Assembly: GCA_002269645.1 (NCBI GenBank) | Contig: NIVC01000197.1 | Coordinates: 248,001 to 312,000, forward strand | Reading direction: 5' to 3' | Length of the DNA stretch: 64,000 bases | Source of the DNA: Macrostomum lignano | Lineage: Eukaryota | Shown here: positions 47,901-62,700 of the stretch, piece after piece | Position numbering within the stretch: the first letter of the stretch is position 1 | Layout: each line of letters opens with the position of its first letter | The notes under the pieces: generated by a model | The model's input: only the letters and a program-made list of their open reading frames with translations | Database searches by the model: none | What the model was told of the DNA's origin: nothing | Position numbers and translations under genes: made by a program

Positions 47901-50900
47901 AACTTTAGAGCGGGGGTGGACTCTAGAGAGGAGGGGGAATCTAGAGAGGATGGGGAATCTAGAGAGGAGGGGGAATCTAGAGAGGATGGGGAATCTAAAG
48001 AGGAGGGGGAATCTAGAAAGAATGGGTAATCGAATCTAGAGAGGATGGGGAATCTAGAGAGGATGGGGAATCTAGAGAGAATGGGTAATCGAATCTAGAG
48101 AGGAGGGGGACTCTAGAGAGGAGGGGGAATCTAGAGAGGATGGGGAATCGAATGTAGAGAGGATGCGAACTTGAGAGCGGAGGGGACTCTAGAGAGGAGG
48201 GGGAATCTAAAGAGGAGGGGGAATCTAGAAAGAATGGGTAATCGAATCTAGAGAGGATGGGGAATCTAGAGAGAATGGGTAATCGAATCTAGAGAGGAAG
48301 GGGACTCTAGAGAGGAGGGGGAATCTAGAGAGGATGTAGAATCTAGAGAGGAGGGGGAATCTAGAGAGATAGGGAATCTAGAGAGAATTGGTAATCGAAT
48401 CTAGAGAGGATGGGGAATCTAGAGAGGATGGGGAATCTAGAGAGGAGGGGGAATCTAGAGAGGATGGTGAATCTAGAGAGAATGAGTAATCGAATCTAGA
48501 GAGGATGGGGACTCTAGGGAGGAGGGGGACTCTAGAGAGGAAAGGGACTCTAGAGAGGATGGGGAATCTAAAGAGGAGGGGGAATCTAGAGAGGATGGGG
48601 AATCTAGAGAGAATGGGGAATCTAGAGAGGAGGGGGAATCTAGAGAGGAGGGGGAATCTAGAGAGGAGGGGGAATCTAGAGAGATAGGGAATCTAGAGAG
48701 AATTGGTAATCGAATCTAGAGAGGATGGGGAATCTAGAGAGGATGGGGAATCTAGAGAGAATGGGTAATAGAATCTAGAGAGGATGGTGAATCTAGAGAG
48801 GATGGGAAATCTAGAGAGGAGGGGGAATCTAGAGAGGATGGTGAATCTAGAGAGAATGAGTAATCGAATCTAGAGAGGATGGGGACTCTAGAGAGGAGGG
48901 GGACTCTAGAGAGGATGGGGAATCTAAAGAGGAGGGGGAATCTAGAGAGGATGGGGAATCTAGAGAGAATGGGGAATCTAGAGAGGAGGGGGAATCTAGA
49001 GAGGAGGGGGAATCTAGAGAGGATCTTAGAGGATGGGGAGTCTAAAGAGGAGATTCCCCCTGACACCCAATTCTCCCTGACACCCGATTCTCCCTGACAC
49101 TCTGACACCTGACACCCGATTCTCCCTGACACCCGATTCCCCTGACACCCATTTCTCCCTGACACTCGATTCCCCCTGACACCCGATTCTCCCTGACACC
49201 CAATTCCCCCTGACACTCGATTTTCCCTGACACCCGATTCTCCCTGACACTCGATTTTCCCTGACACCCGATTCTCCCTGACACCCGATTTCCCCTGACA
49301 CCCGATTCTCCCTGACACTCGATTCCCCCTGACACCCAATTCCCCTTCTTGAAGAATGAGGGTCAGAGAGAGTGGGTGAGCAAGAGTAGGGGCGGAGGCT
49401 TCACGCAGATTTTTACCTGCCACTTCAAATCGCAGATTTCACTTCGAGACCTGCCCCGCTAGTCAGTCGTGAACAGAAAAAACTGACAGCCCTGACATTA
49501 AACAGACAAAAGCCACGGCAAATTCGCAATGATGCTATTTTATACAAAGGGGAAGGGGTAAACAGGGGGACAGGGTTGCCAAGAGCAGCAGGCGGAGATG
49601 CAGCAGAATGGCTGAGCTGTACAGACTCTCGCTGAAAAAAATCAAATAAATTTGAATAATTAAAAACAACAGCAGCGTCATCTGCATTCTCTTCTCACCT
49701 CATCCCGATTCCCCCAGCTCTGAGTCCACTCAAGCCCCGTCTGAGCATATGCAGGCTGTTGGGAGTGCTTATAAACTGGAGTCGAATAGAGAATTGATTT
49801 GATTATTCGGTTCGCTCGGTAGCTGAGAGAGCAGTGTCAGCAGAGAAGCCAGGCCTATCCGGGACCTCTTCGCCTTGTCGTGCCCCTGACTTAGAAATCA
49901 GCTTTAGTCTGAGATCGTCCTGGCAGCCGGGTCACCGGTTTTTTCCTTCTTAGAGACAGCTAATCCGATTTTGGAGGGAGAGAATTTAATCTGCGGATTA
50001 GAGAGGAGAACAATTGGGTGTCAAAAATTGTGTTGCTTTTTAGCGTCATTTTCTAGAAATATGATCCGAAAATAATTGAGCAGTTCGTGTCATTGGGAAC
50101 TGATCCCGCTTGGTAGAACTGCTGGTGGGGTAGCAGCGACAGCTCAGGGAGTTACCGGTTGGGAGCTCAGGGAGTTACCGGTTGGGAGCTCAGGGAGTTA
50201 CCGGTTGGGAGCTCAGGAAGTTGCCGGTGGGGAGCTCAGGGAGTTACCGGTGGCAGTTCAGGAAGTTACCGGGTGGGAGCTCAGGGAGTTACCGGTGGCA
50301 GCTCAGGGAGTTACCGGTGGCAGCTCAGGGAGTTACCGGTGACAGCTCAGGGAGTTACCGGTGTAAGCTCAGGGAGTTACCGGTGTAAGCTCAGGGAGTT
50401 ACTGGTGGCAGCTCAGGGAGTTACCGGGTGGGAGCTCAGGGAGTTTCCGGTGGGAGCTCAGGTCGGAACCAGGTGGTGGCCATGTGCCTCAGTCAAACCA
50501 CTGCCAATCCCGCAGCCTGCAGCAGCTGGCCATCTGGGGCCTGCTGCTGGCCACAATGGCAGGCCTCATCATCATTTACCTGTGCTGCTTCCGGTCCCGG
50601 AACAGCAGCGGCACAGAGATTCACCCGCTGGACGAGCAGGAGAGAGCCGGCTGTTGCCCTTTGTAAGACAGATTTTTTTACCGGCAGACTAACGCCCTGG
50701 GGTCTACCATAGAGATGGCCTGACATTTCCCAAATACAGCTTTGCGATTCCCCTGCAGTAGCAGCTGCAGGCATGTGGCAAGTTTCACATGTTTGATGAA
50801 GCAATGTCTAGCAGCAGTGGCAGCTCTGCAAACAGAACTGAGCTGCGTTCTGGGCGAATGGGATTAATGGCTTGAGCCAGTCAGTTTCTTGGGTTTGAAT

Positions 50901-51397
50901 ACATCTGCTAATGGGCTGAAGTTGGCGCCTCTGGTGCTGGCGCCTCTGGTGCTGGCGCCTCTGGTGCTGGCGCCTCTGGTGCTGGCGCCTCTGGTGCTGG
51001 CGCCTCTGGTGCTGGCGCCCAACCCAGTCAAATAAAACGACGCTCCCTCAATTCGCAACCCATCCACTGAAGAATCCCAAGCTACGACCCTTAATTACAC
51101 AACCTGTAGTCTGAATTATCACATGGCTCTTGGCATCGGCGGAACCAATGCAATGATTGAATGTCTTGAAGGTTTCCTAACAACTTGAAAGTTAATTGCT
51201 TTATTTCAAACACGGGTCAGGCATTCTTGTCGCAGGAAATTTGCATGTCAATCTACTTTAAGTAAAAGCAGAGCCAGCGAAGCAGTTGCACTGCCGCCTT
51301 CGCCCCCTCGCTTAAACCCCCGTTCAGTTTGAAAAAGTGCGGCAAAGAGGACCAACAGGAGGAAGGCAATCGCTACCAGAAGGACGACCGGATGTGA
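44912..51397 (+). CDS. Small type I membrane protein (about 150 aa) with a six-Cys ectodomain, Shisa/WBP1/VOPP1-like pattern
   Basis: Exons 44912-45147, 50516-50662 and 51328-51397, all phase 2 junctions. Signal-like VFLAVVVIIGLRLIQSAA; C...C...CC...CC ectodomain; TM LAIWGLLLATMAGLIIIYL followed by CCF; short charged tail ending KDDRM*. Confidence 0.7.
45190..46800. repeat. 16-17 bp minisatellite A
   Basis: Unit GATTCTCCCTGACACCC / AATTCCCCTGACACCT. Confidence 0.97.
47490..49045. repeat. About 18-bp purine-rich minisatellite B
   Basis: Unit GGGGAATCTAGAGAGGAT / GGGGACTCTAGAGAGGAG. Confidence 0.95.
49053..49345. repeat. Second block of minisatellite A
   Basis: Same unit as 45190-46800. Confidence 0.95.
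50140..50460. repeat. About 21-24 bp minisatellite before exon 2 of the membrane protein gene
   Basis: GCTCAGGGAGTTACCGGTG core. Confidence 0.9.
50925..51018. repeat. 15-bp minisatellite, last intron of the membrane protein gene
   Basis: Unit GGCGCCTCTGGTGCT. Confidence 0.9.
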
Positions 51398-51629
51398 GGC
51401 GTGATTGTGAAGGCAGCTCAAAATCGCGGCATCGAGTACTCAATAGACTCTCGTATTTGTAGACGGCTTTGCCTGTGTCCAAATAGTGCATATTTTATGT
51501 CTGGTTTGAGTTTTCGTTGAAGAATGCGATTGGTGAGGTGGGAAATGTATGGGATCCTCTGAAGTATAATTGAAGAAAGTGTGAGCCGGATCCGAGGTTT
51601 GTAACTTGTTCAGTTTGGTTCCGTTTGAG

Positions 51630-51855
51630 TCAATCCATTGTAACGTAATCCAGTTCAAGTTAATCCAGTTCGAGTTAATCCATTGTAAGTTAATCCAGTT
51701 CAATTTAATCCTGTTCAAGTTAATCCAGTTCGAGTTAATCCAGTTCGAGTTAATCCAGTTCGAGTTAATCCTGTTCGAGTTAATCCAGTTCGAGTTAATC
51801 CATTGTAAGTTAATCCTGTTCAATTTAATCCTGTTCAAGTTAATCCAGTTCAAGT
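51630..51855. repeat. 15-bp minisatellite
   Basis: Unit TTAATCCAGTTCGAG. Confidence 0.9.
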
Positions 51856-52456
51856 ACATATAGTTTAAAACTGCTCCCCAATACGTTTCGCACCTGCCTC
51901 CAATAAAATCAGCGCAGCTTGGCAGAGCTAAATGAAGTTTGCTTCTTAAGTACAAAGCAAGTTAATCGTGGCGTTTAACTCACTCTGTTTATCGGAAAAT
52001 TAAATTTATATCTATTTTTTCTTTCTCAATCAACTTGTATGTATTACTCTCACAATGTAATATTCTGCGAGCTAATCTTATAACTACTGTTTTATAATAC
52101 GTAGCTGTTTTGGTCCGGTATTTACATGTACATGTCACAAAAATATGTACACTTTCTAGTAGTAATTTACGTCTTCTGTTACAATATTATCAACTCGTTC
52201 CGTTCCTTCAATTCCAAGACTTAATTTGCACGACATTTTTAAGTTTTAAATTTGAGTTTTAAAAAAACTTAATTACGTATTCTTCAAGTCTGCAACAGCA
52301 TACATGAAGACGTTGCAAATACTCTGCACTCTCCTGTTTTCGTAATATTTTTTAAACAGAATTATAACCATAATTATTGCAGGTGAAACTGGCCCTGTAC
52401 TTCTGGCTAATTCAATAACAGTGGGCTAGACATTCATTCCGTTTGATCTCGCCGTT

Positions 52457-52622
52457 GATTGGTTGAACTGTTAAGCCAATCAGCAGTAGCCTCAGCCGAT
52501 TTGCTAGCCCAGTTTTAATTTGTTAAAAACTCTCAACCAATTAGAAATGAGTATGCATACACGAACTTTCTGCGTGGCACTGTTCTAATTGTTAACAGAA
52601 ATTTTTTAAACTTAACGATTGG
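52457..52622. promoter_or_regulatory. Cluster of four CCAAT/ATTGG boxes, possible promoter
   Basis: ATTGG at about 52458, CCAAT at 52476 and 52537, ATTGG at 52618. No transcript evidence. Confidence 0.2.
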
Positions 52623-52796
52623 ACGTTGGAAAGTCCGATGTATTTTTACTTGTATTTTAATTGCTGATTCTGTTGCCATGTCTCTCTATCAGACTATATG
52701 TTGCATAGCGTTACATATGCAACTTAACTACTTCTTCAGAAATATACTATAGTAACTGTGATACTTTAGCAGGCGCTTTTTTGTCTAAGTAGTGTA

Positions 52797-54966
<2,170 letters not shown>

Positions 54967-56736
54967 CTATACAGATTATACAATATTTAAGCTACGAGTC
55001 GAAAATTCCTAAATTAATTGCCTTCTCTTGAAGCTGCTGTTTTGAAGTTCAGCTACATGTACTTTCTGCTACTACTCGTACATGTATAGCTGGATGCTCG
55101 TTAAGCGATATATAGCAATGAATTTCAGTCAAGAATTTTCGGAGAGCGAAAAATTTATTTTATGCAGCTAATTATATTTTGCATGTAGAAGTTAGAAGCT
55201 AAATTGTATAATTGGAAATTGATCTGCATGCTACAGAATTAATGCAACCAAACTGTCCTGGCCTAATCGTATCAAATAATACTGGCGTAAAGAAAATAAT
55301 TAATTAAATGGGTAAAATGCTGAATCATTCTTACATCTAGTATTGCCTGTGATGATGAAGCGCGATCCGTCGGCTTGCCGGTCCCGTGGCTTACGCCTAA
55401 CTAAGGACCACTATAATCAAGGACTAGTTTATAAAGAAGTATTTGTCATGCTTTAGCCCTTGGCTAAGCGATTCGATCCATTCGACTAGCTTGCACATGT
55501 ATTTCGTTTAAGATGTCGGATTTTCGGTGCTACATGTATATCTGAAACTACTACTCAAGTGTTTTAATTCAGAGTAGTCTGCATACATCATTAGGTCTGA
55601 AATTCAATGCATTATGGGTATGCACATTAAGATGCACTGCAATAGTGTGGTCGGAGATTTGTGTCACCTGCACGGCCTGTTGATCATAATTGTGACAGGT
55701 TGGCTGATGGTAAGTACGATTGACGGTGAGTACATTGACGGGTACGGTGAGGGCAAATATGTGTCATTTAATAGCACGAAGTGCGCATGTAGAATTTGTG
55801 TCAGGATGACAATTATTCAAGGACCATTGAATATACTGTACATGTACGCTCGTATATACATGTTAGTCAGTGGTCCTATGGCAATTATCTTAAGACATAT
55901 TCTGCAGGTAGTGCGTAAGAAATCAACTAAAGAAATGGTCATTGGTTGAAACTGTGTTGTGTATATCTGCCGCCGTTTTTCTCAAGAAATCTATGAGTAC
56001 ATGTACATGCAGCTACTTGCATGACATGTTACTCTGGTTGGGATAGGAGCTTAACATAATAAATGCAAAAGCCTCCATTTTTTAAAACCAATGCCCATTT
56101 CCGTACCCTGTGACACAGAGGCATCATTGCATCAATCATACATGTTAACATGTACACATTATACACTTAGTTTGTTCTGTACCATTACAGTTTCTAAATA
56201 ATTTATTTTTCATGCATATTTAAAATATGAGCTTATTTTGCATAAAAAGTCACGAAATATGTTTATTTTTATGGTCGATTTTTTCATTTAACTAATGCTG
56301 CTATACCCTTTTAGTTATATTTGATTTAGTATTTGAACTCGTGTTAAAGACGATAATTCACTATAATTTAATTTATCAACGCTTTCCTGTCGACTGACGA
56401 CTTCTTGTTATTGTGCTAGCCAGCCTTGTAGCAGTCCATAAGTCTGTATAGCCCAGAACGACAGTAATAGCAATAGGAACAGAAAGACTGCATTTGTGAG
56501 CTACGGCAATTGGTATTTCGTTAGGTTTAAAGTGTAAGTTATACCTGATTTTTAATTTCAAATCGGTGCATCCCGTCCAGGACCAGGCCGTCCTCTGTTC
56601 ATTGGAATTAACAGAAGTGTTCCTGCGATACGTTAATCTGTGTTCTGCATTCACCTTCTTTTTAAATTACTCTTATTACACTGTAAAATGGCAGCTACTT
56701 CCTGTCTGTTTCTGATAACTGGTGAATGTCTTACAG

Positions 56737-59700
56737 ACGATGATATTGGACCCTTGTCTGAATTAATTATACTAGGTAAGGTGATACAACTTTGCTTTTC
56801 AGCTTAAAATTCTTTGTTAATTGGCCTTGGTTTAAGTATATTTTATTTTCTAGGAATGGATTGTTTCTATTATAATGTTGACATCAAAATCAAAGTTAGA
56901 CCCAGGGCCAATGCCTACTAAGTTTAAAAAATAGAAAATTAGAAATTCAAATCAAATGTTCATTTATCAATGTTGTTTAGTAGACTTGTATGTATATTAT
57001 ATTTCAACATTTAGGTCTAGATATATTATTTGAATTTAATATTATACATGTTTATTAATTTAACTTACCAAAAAAATAATTGAATAGGCTCTAGTCAAAA
57101 GATTGATAGTTATTTTGTCTGCTGCCAGTTCATCTGCTATTCTTTTGTCTAGAAAAATATGATGCATTCATTTTGTTTGCTATATAATATTAAATATAAT
57201 ATCAGTATTTATTGTGTATATAATAATATTAAAATAGAGAAAATTGAGTGCTATATAATATAGAAGGCAGTGCTTATCCCCACGGTACCGTAGGAATAAT
57301 TTCTGTCTTATTCCAACGGTACCGTGGGGATAATTTTCTGCTTATCCGCACGGCACACTGACGAGATAGCTGCCTATCTTCTACATATGCCGTGGGTTCA
57401 TAATTTAGTTTAGTACTTACGGTTTGAGTGCAATATAACAACATAACTTTGCTTGGCTATTATTTTGATAGAAGTAAAGATTTAATGGCCTTTTTACGCA
57501 AAAAAACACTTTTTTGTATTTATGACGTATGATTTAAGATGAATTGCTCTAGTAATCGTTTACAATCTAAGAACTTTTAGCAACTAGTCTAATCCCGACA
57601 TCCCCGAAAAGTCCATTGCCGCTGCTTCTGTAGACTTCTTACTAGACATGTAAATTCTCAATTTGTTTGTATAGATTATTGCATTGCTTCAACAATTCAC
57701 CCGTGCGGATAAGCAGAAAATTATTCCCACGGCATATGTAGAAGATGGGGCAGCTATCTCGTCAATGTGCCGTGCGGATAAGCAGAAAATTATCCCCACG
57801 GTACCGTTGGAATAAGACAGAAATTATTCCTACGGTACCGTGGGGATAAGCACTGCCAATATAGAATGCCAACCACTAAAGGAATGCATAAGGCAAAAGT
57901 GAAACTGATTTCACTGCAAAGCAGGTCACTCTCTTTTGGCCTTAGACAAATATTTTCCTCAAAAAGCAGATACATATGCAACAATTCTCTCAATAATCTA
58001 TTTTGAGCTTAGTAATTTGCCACTGCTTTCAGCAATTATTTATTAGATTCAAATTACTGTTTCTGGTCTAAAGGCAGGTGACCAGATAAAAATATTGCAT
58101 GCAAAAATGGGCTTCATTTTCTCATTGCTCGTTGGCATTCTATTTATAGTGCTCAATATTCTCTATATTAAAAGGAAATATCTATGTATCTTAAAATGCA
58201 TAAAATATTAAAGATAGTAAATTCATTTTGTTAGAAGTATAAACAAATCTAGAAATAACATTTCCCAAACAATCAAAATGTAAAGTCATCAACATTATAT
58301 GGCTATACAACTATAGTGTAACTTGTTTATAATGAATAAATTTTGCAATTGGGATATCAATGCATTTATCAGTAGATAAGGCCTAGGCTTATATTAATGC
58401 TTATAATAGTTAGCCAATTTTATTGAACTCAAGAATTGCAATTGCAAATTTAGCCTTCAATATATATACATGTATTTATACTGTCTAGTCTAAATTTGTC
58501 AAAAATATTAACAAATGTTCAAATTTTATATTAAATTTTTTTGAATTTGAAATATTGCAATAAACAAAATCACACATACAAAAAGTAATATCTCAATGTA
58601 AATCTTTGCATGACTCAAAATATCTTATAGAAAACTAGCTTTATATAAGTTTTGTAACTGATTTTATTCTTTTTTAAAGTCATTTTATCTGCTAGCAGAC
58701 AAAAAAGTGGCAAACAAAATGACTGCACACCATCAAAAGTAGGAAATGATAATACTTATTCCTAATTTATATTTTGAATTAAAGCCTAATATGAAGTCTA
58801 TTATTAAATAATATAGGCTATACTTAAAAATTTATAAACTCCAAATTTCTCACAACTATATAATATTATATAGGATACTAGTTGTTTCAGTGACAAGTCT
58901 TTTAAACAAGAGAAATTTTAGTAACAAATAGTTATAAGTTGAAGGTCCAAGCAAAGAGTTTGATTCTCTTGACTCCATCTACTTAGAATGGTTTGTATAT
59001 TTGAACAAAAAATGACCATATTGCTTTAGTTCACGTAGCTATAAAATTAATATGGGTCAGTATTAGCTAAGATAATTTAAGGATATTATATAGCAACCCT
59101 CTTAGTCCTTAGACTAAATAGCCATATATAGCTTTTAGATACACTATGCAATAGCTTTACCTAAACTACTATTTATTGCACATCTTCTTATGGTAATGAT
59201 TAGGCTTAGTATAATCAATTATTATTATTATTTGTCAAGTATTTCTATAGTTTAAACCCATTACTTATTAACAGTGTTTTAGTTAGTATTATACAAAAAT
59301 AATGGCCATGACTGAATTTGTATGAACTTTAGCCCCCCCCCCCCACCACACAATGTGCACATGGCATTTGAACTAGAAATGGGGAATGTGTTCCCATAAC
59401 CATATTTCATATCTGTATGTTCTGCCTAAAACCTCTGTATCTGTAACCACCCATATCTGTATCCACAGCTACAGCGAAAGTTTAGAGTTTTGTTTCAGAT
59501 TAATATTTGACGATCCTAATAAGGGTACTTTACATTACTATTAGGGAGTACTGCTTGTACTTGTGGACAATTAGCATAGTTTTGACTAGTCTCGCAATCC
59601 CTCCAACAGGTGTGCACGCTTGGGACACCAGCTCCTTGGGATTGGACATTAATGAAGAATTGAAAACATTCGTTTCGTCTAACCCCAGCCCGCAGAGCTA

Positions 59701-62700
59701 CAATCAGAATGAGAAAGGTAAGCTAAAAATTGTTTTGTTTATTTCCTGTTCCCAGCGCTGCCAAAGGTGTCAACATGGACTGATATCTGTGCGCAATGTA
59801 TAATATGGAAAGAAACAAGGCGTTTAATTTGTATTGCACACGCATCGATTAGCTTGGCTTGTGTACAGAATCCAATGTATATTTTTACAAGCCGTTATTG
59901 GTTCACAGAGATATTACAGAGTTCAATAGAATTCACACGAAATCTAAACAGCTGTATATACAATCTGTACCAGCTAAGGGTGCGTTTTATTATAGAAGAC
60001 TAACAGAGCGGCTTGAGAAAACGTGAATAGAGAGAGAGAGAGAGAGAAGCATTTGGCGAGGGTAGTGTTGCCTTCGGCAAAACTCTGGCTTGCTTATATT
60101 GCCTCAAATGAGTCATTCGTATAATTGTTTACGGCCCGCCGAGAGTTCGCTTCGATGCATTTCTATGTTGTTCTTCTTTTTCCTTACACTATGCATGTAT
60201 GAGTGCCTAGTGAAACTGCGTATGGCTGTGTATCGCACTGCAGACGAGATGTCTGTGTACAAGTAGAGACTCTCATAGTGCAGTACTGTCGTAGCTCTTA
60301 TTCTCTCGCCTTACCATATTGCCCTCTATTGTGGTGGCTCTGCTATCTGTCTGGGGCCCGGCTCTGACAGCAGGTGACCCCGACTGTGTTTGCCAAGGCA
60401 ATGCCCGACCTGACTCTGTGTAGCTCAGTGTGCTTAGTCTAATAGGTATATTAACCTCTGATAAAAACACACATACATATGCATACAGTCCTGCGAGTTA
60501 AAGAAGTATTGTTCACACAGCAATGATAATGATCTCTTTAATCAGATTATCGCTTTGTATGAGTTATTTGAAACTAAATCTAGTTTAAATATTCTCTTTG
60601 TGCGGCCAAAGCATTTTCACAGCTCAGTGCCTCAGCCGAGAGCAAGTACAGGAGAAAAAATCAATGATTTCTCTTAGAATTATGGCATTCTCCATATACT
60701 CAACTAGAGGTAGAGAAGTGAGGATTTATTGTGCGTGTTAAATCCCAAATCCCATGATTTAGGAAAATACTTCTTTTCAACTCTAGCTGACACGAGTGCA
60801 TTTGGTTCCAAGCTATAGTTTTTGTTTTGTAAGTTCGAGGGTAAAGTTGGAAGTTCAGCGTTTTGAGGCATGGATTTCTAATGATTAAAATCTGGATTGG
60901 AAATCCAAGACTGGTGCATTTTAACATGGAGGCTTAATCTTATTTGTATTTGGGCTTTAAACAACTGCTCACGGGTTGAGTTGAGTTCATTGATCAACTT
61001 TGAGTCTTTGACCCTGGAGTTTCCTCTCCAGAGTGTGGGTTTAGAATGCTTTCATTCAAGCAATGTGCTAAGTTTGGGGTTGAGTGAGTCAGCTTGCTTG
61101 TCTGACTGTTTGCAAGGATTAATTAACTCGGAATGAATAAGGCCAGGACCAGGTGTTTTTCTTACTGACTTTTTTGGCGTCCAATCAGACTTTTTGAAAG
61201 ACTGCTGTGCTCACAGCCTTTGAGCAGGATTAGAAATTCCATGTCTATTGTTTCTTTAACTGCTGGCTCCAACAGTCTCATCGAAGTTCTTTCCAATGCG
61301 GGGGTCGCTTTTACCCCCTTGCTGGTCACGCCAATGTCAAGGCTTGTGAAGATTCAAGCTTGTGAAGATTCGAGCTTGTGAAGATTCGAGCTTGTGAAGA
61401 TTCGAGCTTGAGGATTCGAGCTTGTGATGAAGTTTCGAGCTTGTGAAGATTCGAACTTGTGATGAAGTTTCGAGCTTGTGGAGATTCGAGCTTGTGATGA
61501 AGTTTCGAGCTTGTGAAGATTCGAACTTGTGATGAAGTTTCGAGCTTGTGATGAAGATTCGAGCTTGTGAAGTTTCGAGCTTGTGAAGATTCGAGCTTGT
61601 GATGAAGTTTCGAGCTTGTGATGAAGATTCGAGCTTGTGAAGTTTCGAGCTTGTGAAGATTCGAGCTTGTAATGAAGTTTCGAGCTTGTGATGAAGTTTT
61701 GAGCTTGTGAAGATTCGAGCTAATGAATATTCGAGATTGTGAAGATTCGAGCTTGTGAAGATTCGAGCTTGTGAAGATTCGAGCTTGTGAAGATTCGAGC
61801 TTGTGAAGATTCGAGCTTGTGAAGATTCGAGCTTGTGAAGATTCGAGCTTATAAAAGTAACAAGCAAGATTTTTCACGATTTTGAAAATTAACCGCAGCT
61901 GTGAGAGAAAACAGGTGCATACGGAGTTTAAAAAGAAATTTACAAAGTTTTAACGAGAATTTTTTTCATACACCGATGAGAATCCAGAAACTTTGCGAAA
62001 CCCAGATCTGAATTCGCCTCATTTTTAACGAAAGTAACTTGATAAAGATTCAATCTTGTGAAACAACCCTCTTCCGTGACGCAATTATTACGATGAGATA
62101 ATGAGAGTTTGTATTGTAAAATGTTTCTACTTGAAAGTTTGTAGCGATTTGAAGATTCTCACAGGGGTGAGTTTGATTCCGCCTGAGTTTGTTTTGCTTG
62201 CTAGACCGACTCTGTTAGTTCTTTAATTAGCTGTTTTTTCAGTTTTAATTTGCCCCAAGCATCGCAGGTAGTTGGTGCCGGAGTTTTGTGTGCTACTTTT
62301 TTCTCAAAGTTTCATAAGTCTGGCTTTTCTTTTGTGGGTCAGTGTTTTTTTGCTAGTCGGTAAATAGGCTGTTTTCCTATGCAGAGCTGTTCAGTGTCAC
62401 CTGCTGCTCTTGTCTAATCTATAGTCTAGAACTGTTTCGTCTGCATTGGGCTTTATTATCGCTAACTGGTTTGCTAAGCAGAAAAACAGTGCAACTTGAA
62501 ATGAAGAAAGTAAATTAACACCGTGTGTCTGCTTCCCAATCTACAAGGCTTTTAATTTACCTCTAAACTGTTTATGATCAATATCTGACAGATCCCATTT
62601 GATTTGATCCCTACAGCAGATCCCAATCTCATTTGATCCCTACAGCAGATCCAGATCCCATTTGATTTGATCCCTACAGCAGATCCCGATCCCATTTGAT

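Noticed and set aside
50640-50666. C-terminal CCPL CaaX prenylation motif in the small membrane protein
   Set aside because: The stop overlaps a strong GTAAGA donor that splices in phase to 51328, so the motif probably arises only from reading into the intron.
55614-55949. 111-aa ORF in AT-rich DNA
   Set aside because: It has no recognisable motifs, atypical codon usage and no supporting splice structure.
62243-62267. Possible extra MAP1 exon ending CAG|GTAGTT
   Set aside because: The candidate lengths (25 or 37 nt) would shift the frame between two exons that already join in phase.
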